This document shows, piece after piece, positions 5,915 through 15,764 of a stretch of 56,423 bases of DNA. The number at the start of each line of letters is the position of its first letter. Within the stretch, counting starts at the first letter, position 1. This DNA comes from a virus (taxonomy: Duplodnaviria; Caudoviricetes): the IMG/VR virus record IMGVR_UViG_3300024344_000016, positions 1 through 56,423 of that record; one strand, 5' to 3'. The translations under genes were made by a program, and so were the position numbers. The notes beneath the pieces are model-generated. The model made no database searches, was not told the origin of the DNA, and saw nothing but the letters and a program-made list of their open reading frames with translations.

Positions 5915-7047
5915 AGAAGGCTATAATTTTCGGCGTCACGGGACAAGACGGGAGCTATTTAGCAGAGTCGCTTCTGAATAAAGGATATGACGTTATAGGC
6001 GTGACCAGAAGGGTTAGCGTTAACACCCTGTCCCGTATTGAGCATATCCTGCCTAAACTTACAATCGTAGAAGGCGACATCACCGATGGTTTTAATATTA
6101 GTAAAATTATCGAGGAACACAAGCCAGACGAGGTTTACAATTTGGCCGCACAATCTCATGTCGGCACCAGCTTCAAGCAGCCAAGTCTTACTTGGGACAT
6201 CACTGCGGGGGGAGTCCTAAATATCCTAGAGGCAATCAGATATAGTCCCAGAAAAGATGAGATCAGGTTTTATCAAGCCAGTTCTAGCGAGATGTTTGGA
6301 AAAAACTACACGCTTAGTGACAAGGTGATGTTGCTCAAGGGGGACTGTGTGGTGGTTGATTCGCCAACTTCCAATACCGTGGGATTGAAAAAATATCAAG
6401 ATGAAAACACCCCCTTTATCCCACAGAGTCCGTATGGTATCGCCAAGCTCGCTGCTCACCATTTAGTTAGAAATTACAGAGAGGGCTACGGTATTCATGG
6501 TAGCTGTGGAATACTGTTTAACCACGAGAGCGAGAGAAGAGGCGAAGGGTTTGTCACTAGGAAGATAACAAAATGGATTGGTGAATTTATGTATTGGTGG
6601 CAGGGGGGAGAACACGATCCTGACCGAACAAGTGACCCAGACTTTCTCTTGATCCAAGACCAAAAATTTCCAAAGCTCAGGCTGGGCAACCTAGATGCAA
6701 GACGAGACTGGGGACACGCGGCTGATTACGTAGAAGCCATGTGGATGATGCTACAGCAATCAGAACCAGATGATTACGTGGTTGCAACCGGTGAAACAAG
6801 ATCTGTAAGAGAATTTTTAGACGCGGCGTTTTCTATAGTCGGTGTAGACGATTGGTCTAATCTGGTCGTTATTGATCCAAAATTTTACAGAGCGGCAGAG
6901 GTGGACTATCTTTTGGGCGTACCCACCAAAGCTAATAACAAACTAGGATGGGAACCTAAGATAGACTTCAAAACACTAGCAGAAAGAATGGTGATTAGCG
7001 ATGTCCACAAGGCGGGATTACAGCGACCCAGTTTACAAGCAGTTTAG
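5911..7047 (+). CDS. gmd: GDP-mannose 4,6-dehydratase
   Basis: GVTGQDGSYLAE, YNLAAQSHV, FYQASSSEMFG, SPYGIAK, GILFNHES, RDWGHAADYV. Confidence 0.97.
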   Translation: MKKAIIFGVTGQDGSYLAESLLNKGYDVIGVTRRVSVNTLSRIEHILPKLTIVEGDITDGFNISKIIEEHKPDEVYNLAAQSHVGTSFKQPSLTWDITAGGVLNILEAIRYSPRKDEIRFYQASSSEMFGKNYTLSDKVMLLKGDCVVVDSPTSNTVGLKKYQDENTPFIPQSPYGIAKLAAHHLVRNYREGYGIHGSCGILFNHESERRGEGFVTRKITKWIGEFMYWWQGGEHDPDRTSDPDFLLIQDQKFPKLRLGNLDARRDWGHAADYVEAMWMMLQQSEPDDYVVATGETRSVREFLDAAFSIVGVDDWSNLVVIDPKFYRAAEVDYLLGVPTKANNKLGWEPKIDFKTLAERMVISDVHKAGLQRPSLQAV

Positions 7048-7276
7048 GCGTGAAGTCCTAAAGCGGGACAAACATACGTGTCAAATGTGTAATAAGAAGG
7101 GGAAACGTGTGCGTCTTAATGTACATCACATAATAAAGTGGAGTTCTGCTAGCACCTTGCGGTATGATGTTGATAACGGCATCACCCTTTGCAGGCAGTG
7201 TCACACAGATGTCACGGGTAAGGAACCACACTATATTTCGTATTTTTCAGAAAAGGTAAGGAGAAACAAGAAATGA
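7001..7276 (+). CDS. HNH endonuclease (packaging-associated type)
   Basis: RDKHTCQMC...VHHI...NGITLCRQCH. Confidence 0.9.
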   Translation: MSTRRDYSDPVYKQFRREVLKRDKHTCQMCNKKGKRVRLNVHHIIKWSSASTLRYDVDNGITLCRQCHTDVTGKEPHYISYFSEKVRRNKK

Positions 7277-7641
7277 ACTTTTGGAAAGCAGAGGATTCTC
7301 AACCTCAACCAGAACGCGACTGGTATGATATTTTAGACGAGGCAATCGCCAACCTTAAACCCGGTGAGCGAGTCGATCTTGCGTGTGAAGGGGAGTGGGT
7401 AGGGCCTTTTAACTATCTCTACTCCAACAGAGGGGTTTATCGAGATCAGCATCCAGATATTACAGCGACCCTCAAGGACGATATCATCACGCTCGTTAGG
7501 GCCGGTGTTCCAGCACCGCCGCCCCCAGAGCCAGTTCCCGCACCCCCAGAGCCAGCCCCAGAGCCAGCACCGATTGACGATGCGGTTGAGCCTGATGTTG
7601 TGGACGAAGACAGCGATGATGACGCTAATCCGATTGGCTAG
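7273..7641 (+). CDS. Hypothetical protein with Pro-rich, acidic C-terminus
   Basis: ATGA overlap with the HNH gene; PEPAP repeats. Confidence 0.7.
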   Translation: MNFWKAEDSQPQPERDWYDILDEAIANLKPGERVDLACEGEWVGPFNYLYSNRGVYRDQHPDITATLKDDIITLVRAGVPAPPPPEPVPAPPEPAPEPAPIDDAVEPDVVDEDSDDDANPIG

Positions 7642-7644
7642 CAT

Positions 7645-8181
7645 GTGAATAACTATAAGGTCATAAAGGACACGCGAGAGCAAGACGGATGGTTTTTCTC
7701 TCCATACGACAAGTGCGACGGGATGGAGATAGATACGCTTCATACCGGAGATTATACCCTCAAGGGGTTTGAAGAGGTTGTATGTGTGGAGAGGAAGGCT
7801 TCCGTTTCGGAAATCGCTATGAACCTTGGGAGAAAGAAGAAGCCGTTTCAAGAAGAGATGGAGAGGATGAAGGACTTCCAGTTTTCCTTCCTCATATGCG
7901 AGTTCGATATGGAGGACATACTCAAGTATCCAGAGGGTTCTAGAGTTCCCCACAAGGCGAGGTCAAAAGTCCGTGTCACTGGAAAGTATCTATTAAAGTG
8001 TTTAATGGAGTTTCAAATTTGGTACGATACAAAGATTATATTTTGCGGGGACAAGAATAATGCGTTTTTGGTATGCAATAGTATATTCAAGAGGCTGAAC
8101 GAACTCTTTTATACGAGAGACAAAGATGACACAATCCAAACAACCGAAGTCAAAAGCAAAGAAAATAAGTCTGCCTTCTGA
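7645..8181 (+). CDS. ERCC4/XPF-like nuclease domain protein
   Basis: IKDTREQ...GDY...VERK motif set of the ERCC4 domain. Confidence 0.8.
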   Translation: MNNYKVIKDTREQDGWFFSPYDKCDGMEIDTLHTGDYTLKGFEEVVCVERKASVSEIAMNLGRKKKPFQEEMERMKDFQFSFLICEFDMEDILKYPEGSRVPHKARSKVRVTGKYLLKCLMEFQIWYDTKIIFCGDKNNAFLVCNSIFKRLNELFYTRDKDDTIQTTEVKSKENKSAF

Positions 8182-8506
8182 TGTCTATGTACTAGGGCAC
8201 CGTTACGTCATAGAGTCTATGTCAGAGTCCTTATACAAAGAAAGAGAAGCCTATGGAGACTGTTGCAATGAGCAAAAAAGAATTCGGATATACTGCGGTG
8301 TCCACGAGTCCCTTGTAAGAGACACGTTATATCACGAGATTCTACATGCCATGTGGGCACTTTGCTATCTTGCGGGGTGCGATGAAGAAAACACAGTGGC
8401 CCGTCTAGCTACGGCTTGGATAGGATTTTTAGATGACCCACGAAATAAAAAAATTAAGCAGATAATTACGGAAGGTTTTGATGGAAAAACGGAATCAAGC
8501 CCTTGA
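8126..8506 (+). CDS. Small HExxH zinc metallopeptidase-like protein
   Basis: DTLYHEILHAMW followed by a downstream EE. Confidence 0.7.
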   Translation: MTQSKQPKSKAKKISLPSDVYVLGHRYVIESMSESLYKEREAYGDCCNEQKRIRIYCGVHESLVRDTLYHEILHAMWALCYLAGCDEENTVARLATAWIGFLDDPRNKKIKQIITEGFDGKTESSP

Positions 8507-10457
8507 GGATGCTTGGCTAGGCATAGAGGTAGATGAGTCGTCGCTATTTAATCCTATGGATTTTGTGATGCAAGACTCTGACAACGAAGCTCTCCTAAAA
8601 AGGCTGGCGTGGCTACTAATGCGTCCCGAATACTTCTCGTTCGCCTGTAAGTACATACTTAATATAGAACTTTCTCCATTTCAATCTTTATTGCTACACG
8701 AGCTGTGGAATAGAAAATTTCCGATGCTCATCGGTAGTCGTGGTATGGGTAAGTCCTTCATGCTTTCAGTGTACCCTCTTCTACGGGCACTATTCATGCC
8801 ACGACGACAAATCATCATTGTTGGTGCCGCTTTTCGACAATCAAAAGTCCTCTTTGAGTACATGGACACCATTTGGAAAAATGCTCCTGTGCTTAGAGAC
8901 TTATGTGCAACGAACAGCGGGCCGAGGAGAGATGTGGACAGATGTGTGATGCATATTGGTCAAAGTCGTATCACTTGTCTGCCACTCGGTGACGGCAGTA
9001 AGATCAGAGGCCAGAGAGCCAACGACATTATTGCCGACGAATTTGCCTCTATACCCAGAGACATTTTTGAAAACGTTGTCGCTGGTTTCGCTGCCGTCGC
9101 CGCCTCTCCCATTGAAAAGGTCAAACAAAAGGCTAAAGAAAAACGTGCTGAGGAACTCGGAATACCCGTTAGCAAATCCAACGAAGAAAATACTATGGAT
9201 AAGTCAAACCAAATTATTCTTTCTGGAACGGCTTATTATGACTTTAATCACTTCGCTGAATACTGGAAGAGGTATCACGCGATTGTCTCCAGTGGTGGAA
9301 ATAAAATCAAATTACAAGAAGTTTTTGGCGGCTCTGTCCCATCTGATTTTGACTGGAGAGAATACTCTGTAATACGAATGCCCGTGGAAAAGCTGCCGGA
9401 TGGCTTTATGGATAGTGGTCAGGTGGCACGAGCTAAGGCTACAGTACATTCTGGTATATATAATATGGAATACGGAGCAATCTTTACAACGGACAGTCAG
9501 GGGTTTTTTAAGAGAAGCCTGCTGGAGTCTTGCACGACATCTCCCACTTCCCCCGTTGTGCTACCCTCTGGCGAGGTGTGGTTTGAGGCTTCTTTGCATG
9601 GTGAGACACAGAAGAGATATGTGTTTGGCGTTGATCCAGCTTCTGAAGTAGACAACTTCAGCATAGTGGTTCTAGAGGTTAATTCCGATCATCGCAAGGT
9701 GGTTCACTGTTGGACGACTACAAGACAGCAGCATAAAGACAAGCTCAAGTCTAAACTTGTTGACGAAGACGATTTCTACTCTTATTGTGCCAAGAAGATT
9801 CGTCAATTGATGAAAGTGTTCCCGTGTGTGGAGATTGCGATGGACGCTCAGGGTGGTGGTATCGCCGTTATGGAGGCTCTTCACGACAAAGACAAAATAG
9901 GCGAAGGAGAGCTGCCCATATGGCCGGTTATCGAAGATAAGCCTAAAGATACCGACGATCACGCTGGACTACATATGTTGAGGATGTGTCAGTTTGCCAG
10001 AGCAGATTGGCTGGCGGAAGCAAATCATGGACTAAGAAAAGACTTTGAAGACAAAATTGTTTTGTTTCCGTACTTCGACTCCGCGAGTCTCGGTATAGCA
10101 TTAGAGGCAGACAAGGCTGGTGGGCGAAATTACGACACACTTGAAGACTGTGTTATGGAGATAGAAGAGCTTAAAGACGAGCTATCAATGATTATCATGA
10201 CACAGACAACGACGGGTAGAGAAAAGTGGGATACCCCCGAAGTCAAAACGGGGGCCGGTCGAAAAAGTAGGTTACGCAAGGACCGCTACTCCTCTTTGAT
10301 TATGGCGAATATGTCTGCCAGACTTGCCTCGATAGAGCAGGAGATGCCGGATCATGCTTTTGGTGGTTTTGCAGAACACAACGCATCCATGTTTTCCAGC
10401 GACAAGCTTTACAATGGTCCAGCTTGGTTTACGGAAAAGACGGAGAACCTATACTAA
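8481..10457 (+). CDS. terL: Terminase large subunit
   Basis: Walker A GSRGMGKS, IRGQRA, Walker B IIADE, nuclease motif FGVDPA and C-terminal KDRYS; upstream of the portal. Confidence 0.92.
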   Translation: MEKRNQALEDAWLGIEVDESSLFNPMDFVMQDSDNEALLKRLAWLLMRPEYFSFACKYILNIELSPFQSLLLHELWNRKFPMLIGSRGMGKSFMLSVYPLLRALFMPRRQIIIVGAAFRQSKVLFEYMDTIWKNAPVLRDLCATNSGPRRDVDRCVMHIGQSRITCLPLGDGSKIRGQRANDIIADEFASIPRDIFENVVAGFAAVAASPIEKVKQKAKEKRAEELGIPVSKSNEENTMDKSNQIILSGTAYYDFNHFAEYWKRYHAIVSSGGNKIKLQEVFGGSVPSDFDWREYSVIRMPVEKLPDGFMDSGQVARAKATVHSGIYNMEYGAIFTTDSQGFFKRSLLESCTTSPTSPVVLPSGEVWFEASLHGETQKRYVFGVDPASEVDNFSIVVLEVNSDHRKVVHCWTTTRQQHKDKLKSKLVDEDDFYSYCAKKIRQLMKVFPCVEIAMDAQGGGIAVMEALHDKDKIGEGELPIWPVIEDKPKDTDDHAGLHMLRMCQFARADWLAEANHGLRKDFEDKIVLFPYFDSASLGIALEADKAGGRNYDTLEDCVMEIEELKDELSMIIMTQTTTGREKWDTPEVKTGAGRKSRLRKDRYSSLIMANMSARLASIEQEMPDHAFGGFAEHNASMFSSDKLYNGPAWFTEKTENLY

Positions 10458-11482
10458 TGATCAAGTTTGTAGTTCCACATCAGTGGGGCGGTGTGATTTC
10501 GTCGCTGAGGAACCTCAAATCTTATCACGACGATGTGGAAGTCATTTATCTAGAAAAATTTCTTGGGAACTTCTGGCGAGACCTTGCTTTTTGGAACTCT
10601 TATTCAGAACCCTTGGTTCTTTGCGGGGGCTGGGATAGTAGATATGACGATATCATAGAGCTATGCTCCTGTCCCATTTTTTCCTATTGGCATTCTACAA
10701 TTTATCAATCCGAACTTTCGTGGGGACATGATGTCAACAACGAAGTCGTTTATCCTCGCATAAAGTTTGCTGATAATTTTGCGGTTGAATTTTCGCAACT
10801 CATACACATAAAACAACTACTTGAAGACAATAAGATTTCTGGGGTTTTTGTACCGTCAGAAAAGATGTGCAAGCCACTTGAATTTACAGACCATCTTCCC
10901 AACACATTTAACTCAGAAGAAGTAGACTTCACCCCCCGCAAGAAGGTGCCGGACTCTGCGGGGTGTTTTTGTGCATACGATCCGAGAAAAAATATTTCTA
11001 CCCAATCGCTCGGAGCAATGTCTGCTGGCAAGACTCTTTATGTGCGGAAGGGGTTTCCTACAGAGTATCAGAAAATTCTTGACTGTCTAGGAGTTAATGT
11101 GAGACATGTGGCCCTTCCCTCGTCTCACAAAAGCATGACTGAGTATTGGTCGTTTTTGAGTTCTATGGAAGTTACCCTGCAAGTTACCTCTAGCGAATCT
11201 CTTAACTACGCTGTGTTAGAAAGTATATTTTGCGGAACTCCGCCTTTATTTAGTCCAGCGTGTTCGTTGTATAAGCTCGACAAAGAGTTCGATAGCTTTT
11301 GTTGTATTGAGGATATCGATAACCCAGAGGCTATATCTCGTAAAATAAACAGAATAACAAGAAACAGCTTGAACTACGAAAGAGCCATTATGTCAGGGAA
11401 AAGAGCTGCGGAAATCTACAGCACCAAGAGCAAGCCCCTTGCAGAGAAGGCTCTTCAGAAGATTAGGACGCTTTCGACATAA
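10457..11482 (+). CDS. Glycosyltransferase, GT-B/GT4-like
   Basis: N-terminal WGG and C-terminal SESLNYAVLESIFCGTP (E-x7-E) motif; TAATG coupling to terL. Confidence 0.75.
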   Translation: MIKFVVPHQWGGVISSLRNLKSYHDDVEVIYLEKFLGNFWRDLAFWNSYSEPLVLCGGWDSRYDDIIELCSCPIFSYWHSTIYQSELSWGHDVNNEVVYPRIKFADNFAVEFSQLIHIKQLLEDNKISGVFVPSEKMCKPLEFTDHLPNTFNSEEVDFTPRKKVPDSAGCFCAYDPRKNISTQSLGAMSAGKTLYVRKGFPTEYQKILDCLGVNVRHVALPSSHKSMTEYWSFLSSMEVTLQVTSSESLNYAVLESIFCGTPPLFSPACSLYKLDKEFDSFCCIEDIDNPEAISRKINRITRNSLNYERAIMSGKRAAEIYSTKSKPLAEKALQKIRTLST

Positions 11483-11484
11483 AT

Positions 11485-11494
11485 TGCGTATATC
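11485..11494 (+). promoter_or_regulatory. Putative late promoter (variant TGCGTATATC)
   Basis: Intergenic, ~50 bp upstream of the portal. Confidence 0.45.
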
Positions 11495-11544
11495 AATACG
11501 ATCAACAATACAATTGCCAATTCTATTGAGAGGAATCAACATAA

Positions 11545-13656
11545 ATGTCAGAACAACTTTTTCAGACTTGGGCTAGTGACGCAGAGAAGGGTAAAGTTTA
11601 CGACGCAAACACTCTAGAGGGCTACGATGGTGCAGTCTATCGTTCTGAGGCTCACTATGGATCTAGACGACAAACCTATATAGACGTTGAAACAAACAGA
11701 TCAGTGCGTCCCGGTTTCAACCGTTCTGACTATGATTCCTTTCGTCCCGGTGAGGCTGTTCCCACTAAGCAAAAACGCATTATGGGAATGTGTATGAACG
11801 CCTACGACACGGTTGGTATCATCCGAAATGTTGTTGATCTAATGAGTGATTTTGCTAGTCAGGGACTTGTTCTTGTACACCCCAATAAAACGATAGAAAA
11901 ATTTTATCGCAAGTGGTTTAGTCAGGTCAATGGTGTAGATAGGTCTGAAAGATTTTTAAACTATCTATACAGAACCGGTAATGTTGTTGTAAAAAGACGA
12001 ACGGCCAAGCTAGATAAAAACAAGGAAGCGGAACTTAGGCGTGCCGCTGGTGCAGACATTCTTATTCAAAAGATGAAGGTCAAAAAGAGAGAAGTGCCGT
12101 GGGTGTATGACTTTTTGAATCCTGTTGCGATAGACGTTGTGGATCATGGAATGTTGGCCCTTGGAAAGCCTGAGTTTTACCTGAATATTTCCAAGCACAC
12201 CTACCAGTCGTTGTTAAGGACTTCCACCAACAATCAAAACGCTTTTAAAACACTGCCTAGAGACCTTCAGAAAAGAATCAACGCCGGTGATCGTAAGATT
12301 CCCTTAGATCCCGACAGCACCTTCTTTTATCACTACAAAAAAGACGACTGGCTCCTCTGGGCCAACCCGATGATATACGCCATACTTGACGACATAAACA
12401 TGTTGGAAAAAATGAAACTTGCGGATCTGGCGGCTTTAGACGGGGCGATCTCTAGCGTGAGACTATGGACGCTTGGCGACTTTGATCAAAAGATTGTGCC
12501 GACCAAGGCGGGCTTAAACAAGGTCAGAGACATCTTGGCAAGCAACGTCGGGGGAGGTACTATGGACTTGGTGTGGGGACCAGAACTTAACTTCACAGAA
12601 AGCCAGTCTCAAGTCTATAGGTTCTTAGGCTCTGAGAAGTACCAACCCGTTTTGACGAGCATTTATGCTGGTTTAGGCATTCCTCCCACACTCACTGGCA
12701 CAGCGGGGGCTAGTGGCGGCTATACAAATAATTACGTCTCTCTCAAGACTCTGATAGAAAGGCTTGAATACGGCAGAGAGGTGCTTTCACAATTCTGGCG
12801 TCAAGAGATAGAGTATGTGAGAAAGGCGATGGGCTTTAGATTCCCCGCCGAGATTCATTTTGATTCTATTGTGTTGTCTGACGAGGCCGCCCAAAAGAAT
12901 CTTCTTATCCAGCTTGCGGACAGGGATATTATATCTCAAGAGACTCTCCTTGAAAGATTCCGAGAAATTCCCGGTATCGAAAGAGTTCGTGTTCGTAGGG
13001 AGGGTCGAGAAAGAAAGAATGATACCTCGGCACCGAGAAAGGCCGGTCCATACCATAATCCTCAACATAAAGAGGATATGGTTAAGATCGGTGTTACTAA
13101 GGATGTTGTTGACACTGAGGAATACTTTGACCAGATTGACATTCCTTACAAAGAGATAGAGGAGCCTGTGGTACAAGAGGCACCTGTTGATGAGAAAGAC
13201 AACAATCGTCCCGAGCCAGTGAATGATAATGGTCGACCACCATTCTCTAAGGATGAAAAAGAAAGAAAGAAAAAGCGTGTTCTTCCACGCAGCGGAGACC
13301 CAACAACCGCGACGTTATGGGCGATACAGGCACAGACAAAGATATCCGATGTCATGACGCCGATAGCCTGTTCTCATTTTAAGAAGAAAGACGCTAGAGC
13401 CTTAAGTAAGGGAGAGGTTGACGAACTGGAATACCTGAAGCTCTGTATCTTAACCGGAATGAAACCGTTCGTTGAGGTTACACCAGATCTGGTTAAACAA
13501 ATTGTTGAACAGGGAACTAAACCCAGCAAAACATTTAATTCTGTGGTAAAGGATAGGGTTGGTGGCTTTTTATCTATCAACAAAAGAAAACCCAATACGT
13601 CTGAATTAAGACATATTTACGCTTCTGTCTATGCCGAAATATCCTGTTTTGGGTAA
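11545..13656 (+). CDS. Portal protein
   Basis: 703 aa between TerL and the protease/scaffold; portal-like segments (IIRNVVDLMSDFA, YAGLGIPPTL). Confidence 0.8.
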   Translation: MSEQLFQTWASDAEKGKVYDANTLEGYDGAVYRSEAHYGSRRQTYIDVETNRSVRPGFNRSDYDSFRPGEAVPTKQKRIMGMCMNAYDTVGIIRNVVDLMSDFASQGLVLVHPNKTIEKFYRKWFSQVNGVDRSERFLNYLYRTGNVVVKRRTAKLDKNKEAELRRAAGADILIQKMKVKKREVPWVYDFLNPVAIDVVDHGMLALGKPEFYLNISKHTYQSLLRTSTNNQNAFKTLPRDLQKRINAGDRKIPLDPDSTFFYHYKKDDWLLWANPMIYAILDDINMLEKMKLADLAALDGAISSVRLWTLGDFDQKIVPTKAGLNKVRDILASNVGGGTMDLVWGPELNFTESQSQVYRFLGSEKYQPVLTSIYAGLGIPPTLTGTAGASGGYTNNYVSLKTLIERLEYGREVLSQFWRQEIEYVRKAMGFRFPAEIHFDSIVLSDEAAQKNLLIQLADRDIISQETLLERFREIPGIERVRVRREGRERKNDTSAPRKAGPYHNPQHKEDMVKIGVTKDVVDTEEYFDQIDIPYKEIEEPVVQEAPVDEKDNNRPEPVNDNGRPPFSKDEKERKKKRVLPRSGDPTTATLWAIQAQTKISDVMTPIACSHFKKKDARALSKGEVDELEYLKLCILTGMKPFVEVTPDLVKQIVEQGTKPSKTFNSVVKDRVGGFLSINKRKPNTSELRHIYASVYAEISCFG

Positions 13657-13680
13657 GTTTTATCCTTCTATTTGCTTTTT

Positions 13681-13690
13681 TGTGTATTAT
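13681..13690 (+). promoter_or_regulatory. Putative late promoter TGTGTATTAT
   Basis: Intergenic, just upstream of the GGAGG RBS of the protease gene. Confidence 0.6.
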
Positions 13691-13710
13691 CCGTTGGAGG
13701 GGTATGTAAT

Positions 13711-15213
13711 ATGAAAATATATCAACATGAAATTAATGACGGTCTTGCTGAGGCTCTAGCAGGCAACAACACCATTGCGTGTTGTGCTGTTGCGGAGACT
13801 TACAAACCCAACAAAGAAGCTGTTGATAAACTTAAAGAAGTCTTAGCCTCTAGTAAAGATGGCGAAGAATTAGCTATTGCTGAGAATCAAGATCAGTTTG
13901 ATCTGTATTATATTAAGTCCATATTAGTGAGTACAGGCTGGAATAAAAACGATGACGTTTTTGATCCAAAAGAATTGTGGGGGGCACGAAACACGCCGGA
14001 AGATAAGCCATTTAACTTTATGCATGACGAAAAGGATATCATCGGACACATAACAGCCAACGAGGTTGTTGATTTCGATGGCAATCTTCTTCAAGAAGAT
14101 AACGATATTCCAGATCGGTTTAACATTTTAACCTCCGCTGTTATTTACACCGAGTGGTCGGACGTTGAACAAAGAGAAAGGATGCATAACATAGTAGCGG
14201 AAATAGAGGGGGGTAAATGGTTTGTTTCTATGGAATGCTTGTTCCCAGACTTTGACTATGCTTTAGCCAAAGAAAACGGAGAAACCAAGGTAGTTAAGAG
14301 AAACGAAGCATCAGCCTTTTTAACGAAACACTTAAGATCCTACGGAGGAGACGGAATTTACGAAGATTACAAAGTGGGGCGATTGTTAAGAAACTTATCG
14401 TTCTCTGGTAAAGGCTTGGTTTCAAAACCCGCTAACCCACGAAGTGTAATTTTGGAAGGAAATGATTTTTTTGATGAATCACAAGCACAGATTTTAACTT
14501 TATCTTCATCTAAGGAGAATGATATGTCTGAAAGTTATGAAAAGCAGGTCGCAGATCTGCAAAAAGAGTTAGCGGAAGCCAAAGCTGCTAGCGATGCTCT
14601 GAAGGACAAGGTGGTTGCCGAGCAACACGCTAAGTTCGACACAGAGATCAAAGAACTTGAGGCAACTATTGCAGAGCAGGCTGAAAAGATTGCCGAGCAA
14701 GCAGAAGCCAACAAGACTTTGGTTGAAACCGTTGCTACAAGAGACGAATCTCTTGCTGCAAAGGAAGAGGCTCTCGCCGGTAAGGACGAAGAGCTTACTG
14801 CTATGTACAAGAAGGAAGCCGTTATGAAGCGTCAAGCACAGCTCGAAGAGATTGGCTATGACGCAGAGGAAGCCACGGCGACTGTCGAGGAGTTTAGTTC
14901 TGTAGATGACGCAACGTTCGATAAGCTTGTTGCGGCAATGAAGAAGCGGGGCGAGAAAGAAAACCCCTTCGACAAAAAGAAAAAGGACGAAGAAGAAGAA
15001 GACGTGGCTCCCGATGCCAAGGCCGAAGAGCTTGACGAAGAGCAAGACGAAGCTGAAGCTGAAGCTGGCGAGGAAGCCTTGGCTGAAGCCGAGGAAACGG
15101 AAGAAGTTGCTATTGCTGAGGCGATGGGCGAAGATGATCCAGCAGAAAGTCTCCGTGCAGTTGCCAGCGAGTGGCTTGGGTCAGTTTTACAACATTCTAA
15201 TGACAACAAGTAA
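13711..15213 (+). CDS. Prohead protease fused to an acidic coiled-coil scaffold
   Basis: NKNDDVF, PFNFMHD, IIGHI, VSMEC, GLVSKPANPRS in the N-half; E/A-rich coiled-coil C-half; start reassigned to ATG 13711 after GGAGG. Confidence 0.8.
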   Translation: MKIYQHEINDGLAEALAGNNTIACCAVAETYKPNKEAVDKLKEVLASSKDGEELAIAENQDQFDLYYIKSILVSTGWNKNDDVFDPKELWGARNTPEDKPFNFMHDEKDIIGHITANEVVDFDGNLLQEDNDIPDRFNILTSAVIYTEWSDVEQRERMHNIVAEIEGGKWFVSMECLFPDFDYALAKENGETKVVKRNEASAFLTKHLRSYGGDGIYEDYKVGRLLRNLSFSGKGLVSKPANPRSVILEGNDFFDESQAQILTLSSSKENDMSESYEKQVADLQKELAEAKAASDALKDKVVAEQHAKFDTEIKELEATIAEQAEKIAEQAEANKTLVETVATRDESLAAKEEALAGKDEELTAMYKKEAVMKRQAQLEEIGYDAEEATATVEEFSSVDDATFDKLVAAMKKRGEKENPFDKKKKDEEEEDVAPDAKAEELDEEQDEAEAEAGEEALAEAEETEEVAIAEAMGEDDPAESLRAVASEWLGSVLQHSNDNK

Positions 15214-15237
15214 CTTAAAAAACAAGGAGATTTCATA

Positions 15238-15741
15238 ATGGCTCTTAAATCAGATAGAAGTACGCTTCAAACGGACATTTCATTCTTTATGAATGAAGCT
15301 GCCACGCGAGGCGGAGTTGCGGCTCTGAGTGCGGGAGGCTCCGGTGCGTCTATGGACAACGGTGCTGCTCTCGTAGTTTATTCTGCTGCTCCTTCGGGTA
15401 AAGTCCCGATGGGTTTGTTGTTGAACGACATGGTCGATATTGACTTGACTCGTCAGCACCTGAACCAACATAAAGACGAAGTTCAGAAGGGTGGCAAGGT
15501 TACTCTTCTCACTAAGGGTTGGGTTGTTACCAACAGTATCGACGGCACTGCCGCTGCTGGTGGCTTGGCTTACTTAGGCCACTCCGGTAATATCGCTACG
15601 GCGACTTACAACGCTGGAGTTGACGGCGGAAAAGCTGAAAACCTCATTGTTGGGCGTTTTATTTCCGGTGAAGACCAGAATGGTTATGCCAAGGTCTTTA
15701 TCGATCTTCCTAATACCAATGACGCCGACGCGACTAATTAA
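15238..15741 (+). CDS. Head decoration / capsid-stabilising protein
   Basis: 167 aa, Gly/Ala-rich, strong RBS, directly before the major capsid protein. Confidence 0.65.
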   Translation: MALKSDRSTLQTDISFFMNEAATRGGVAALSAGGSGASMDNGAALVVYSAAPSGKVPMGLLLNDMVDIDLTRQHLNQHKDEVQKGGKVTLLTKGWVVTNSIDGTAAAGGLAYLGHSGNIATATYNAGVDGGKAENLIVGRFISGEDQNGYAKVFIDLPNTNDADATN

Positions 15742-15764
15742 CCTCAATTAAAGGAGAAGAGATA

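Noticed and set aside
8481-10457. Intein or intron in the terminase
   Set aside because: Continuous ORF of ordinary length with no intein splice motifs
13672-13710. Track start (TTG 13672) of the protease gene; likewise track starts at 10424, 47366 and 54701
   Set aside because: Downstream ATG/GTG starts have a better RBS or stop-start coupling; the extensions overlap the promoter motif or upstream genes
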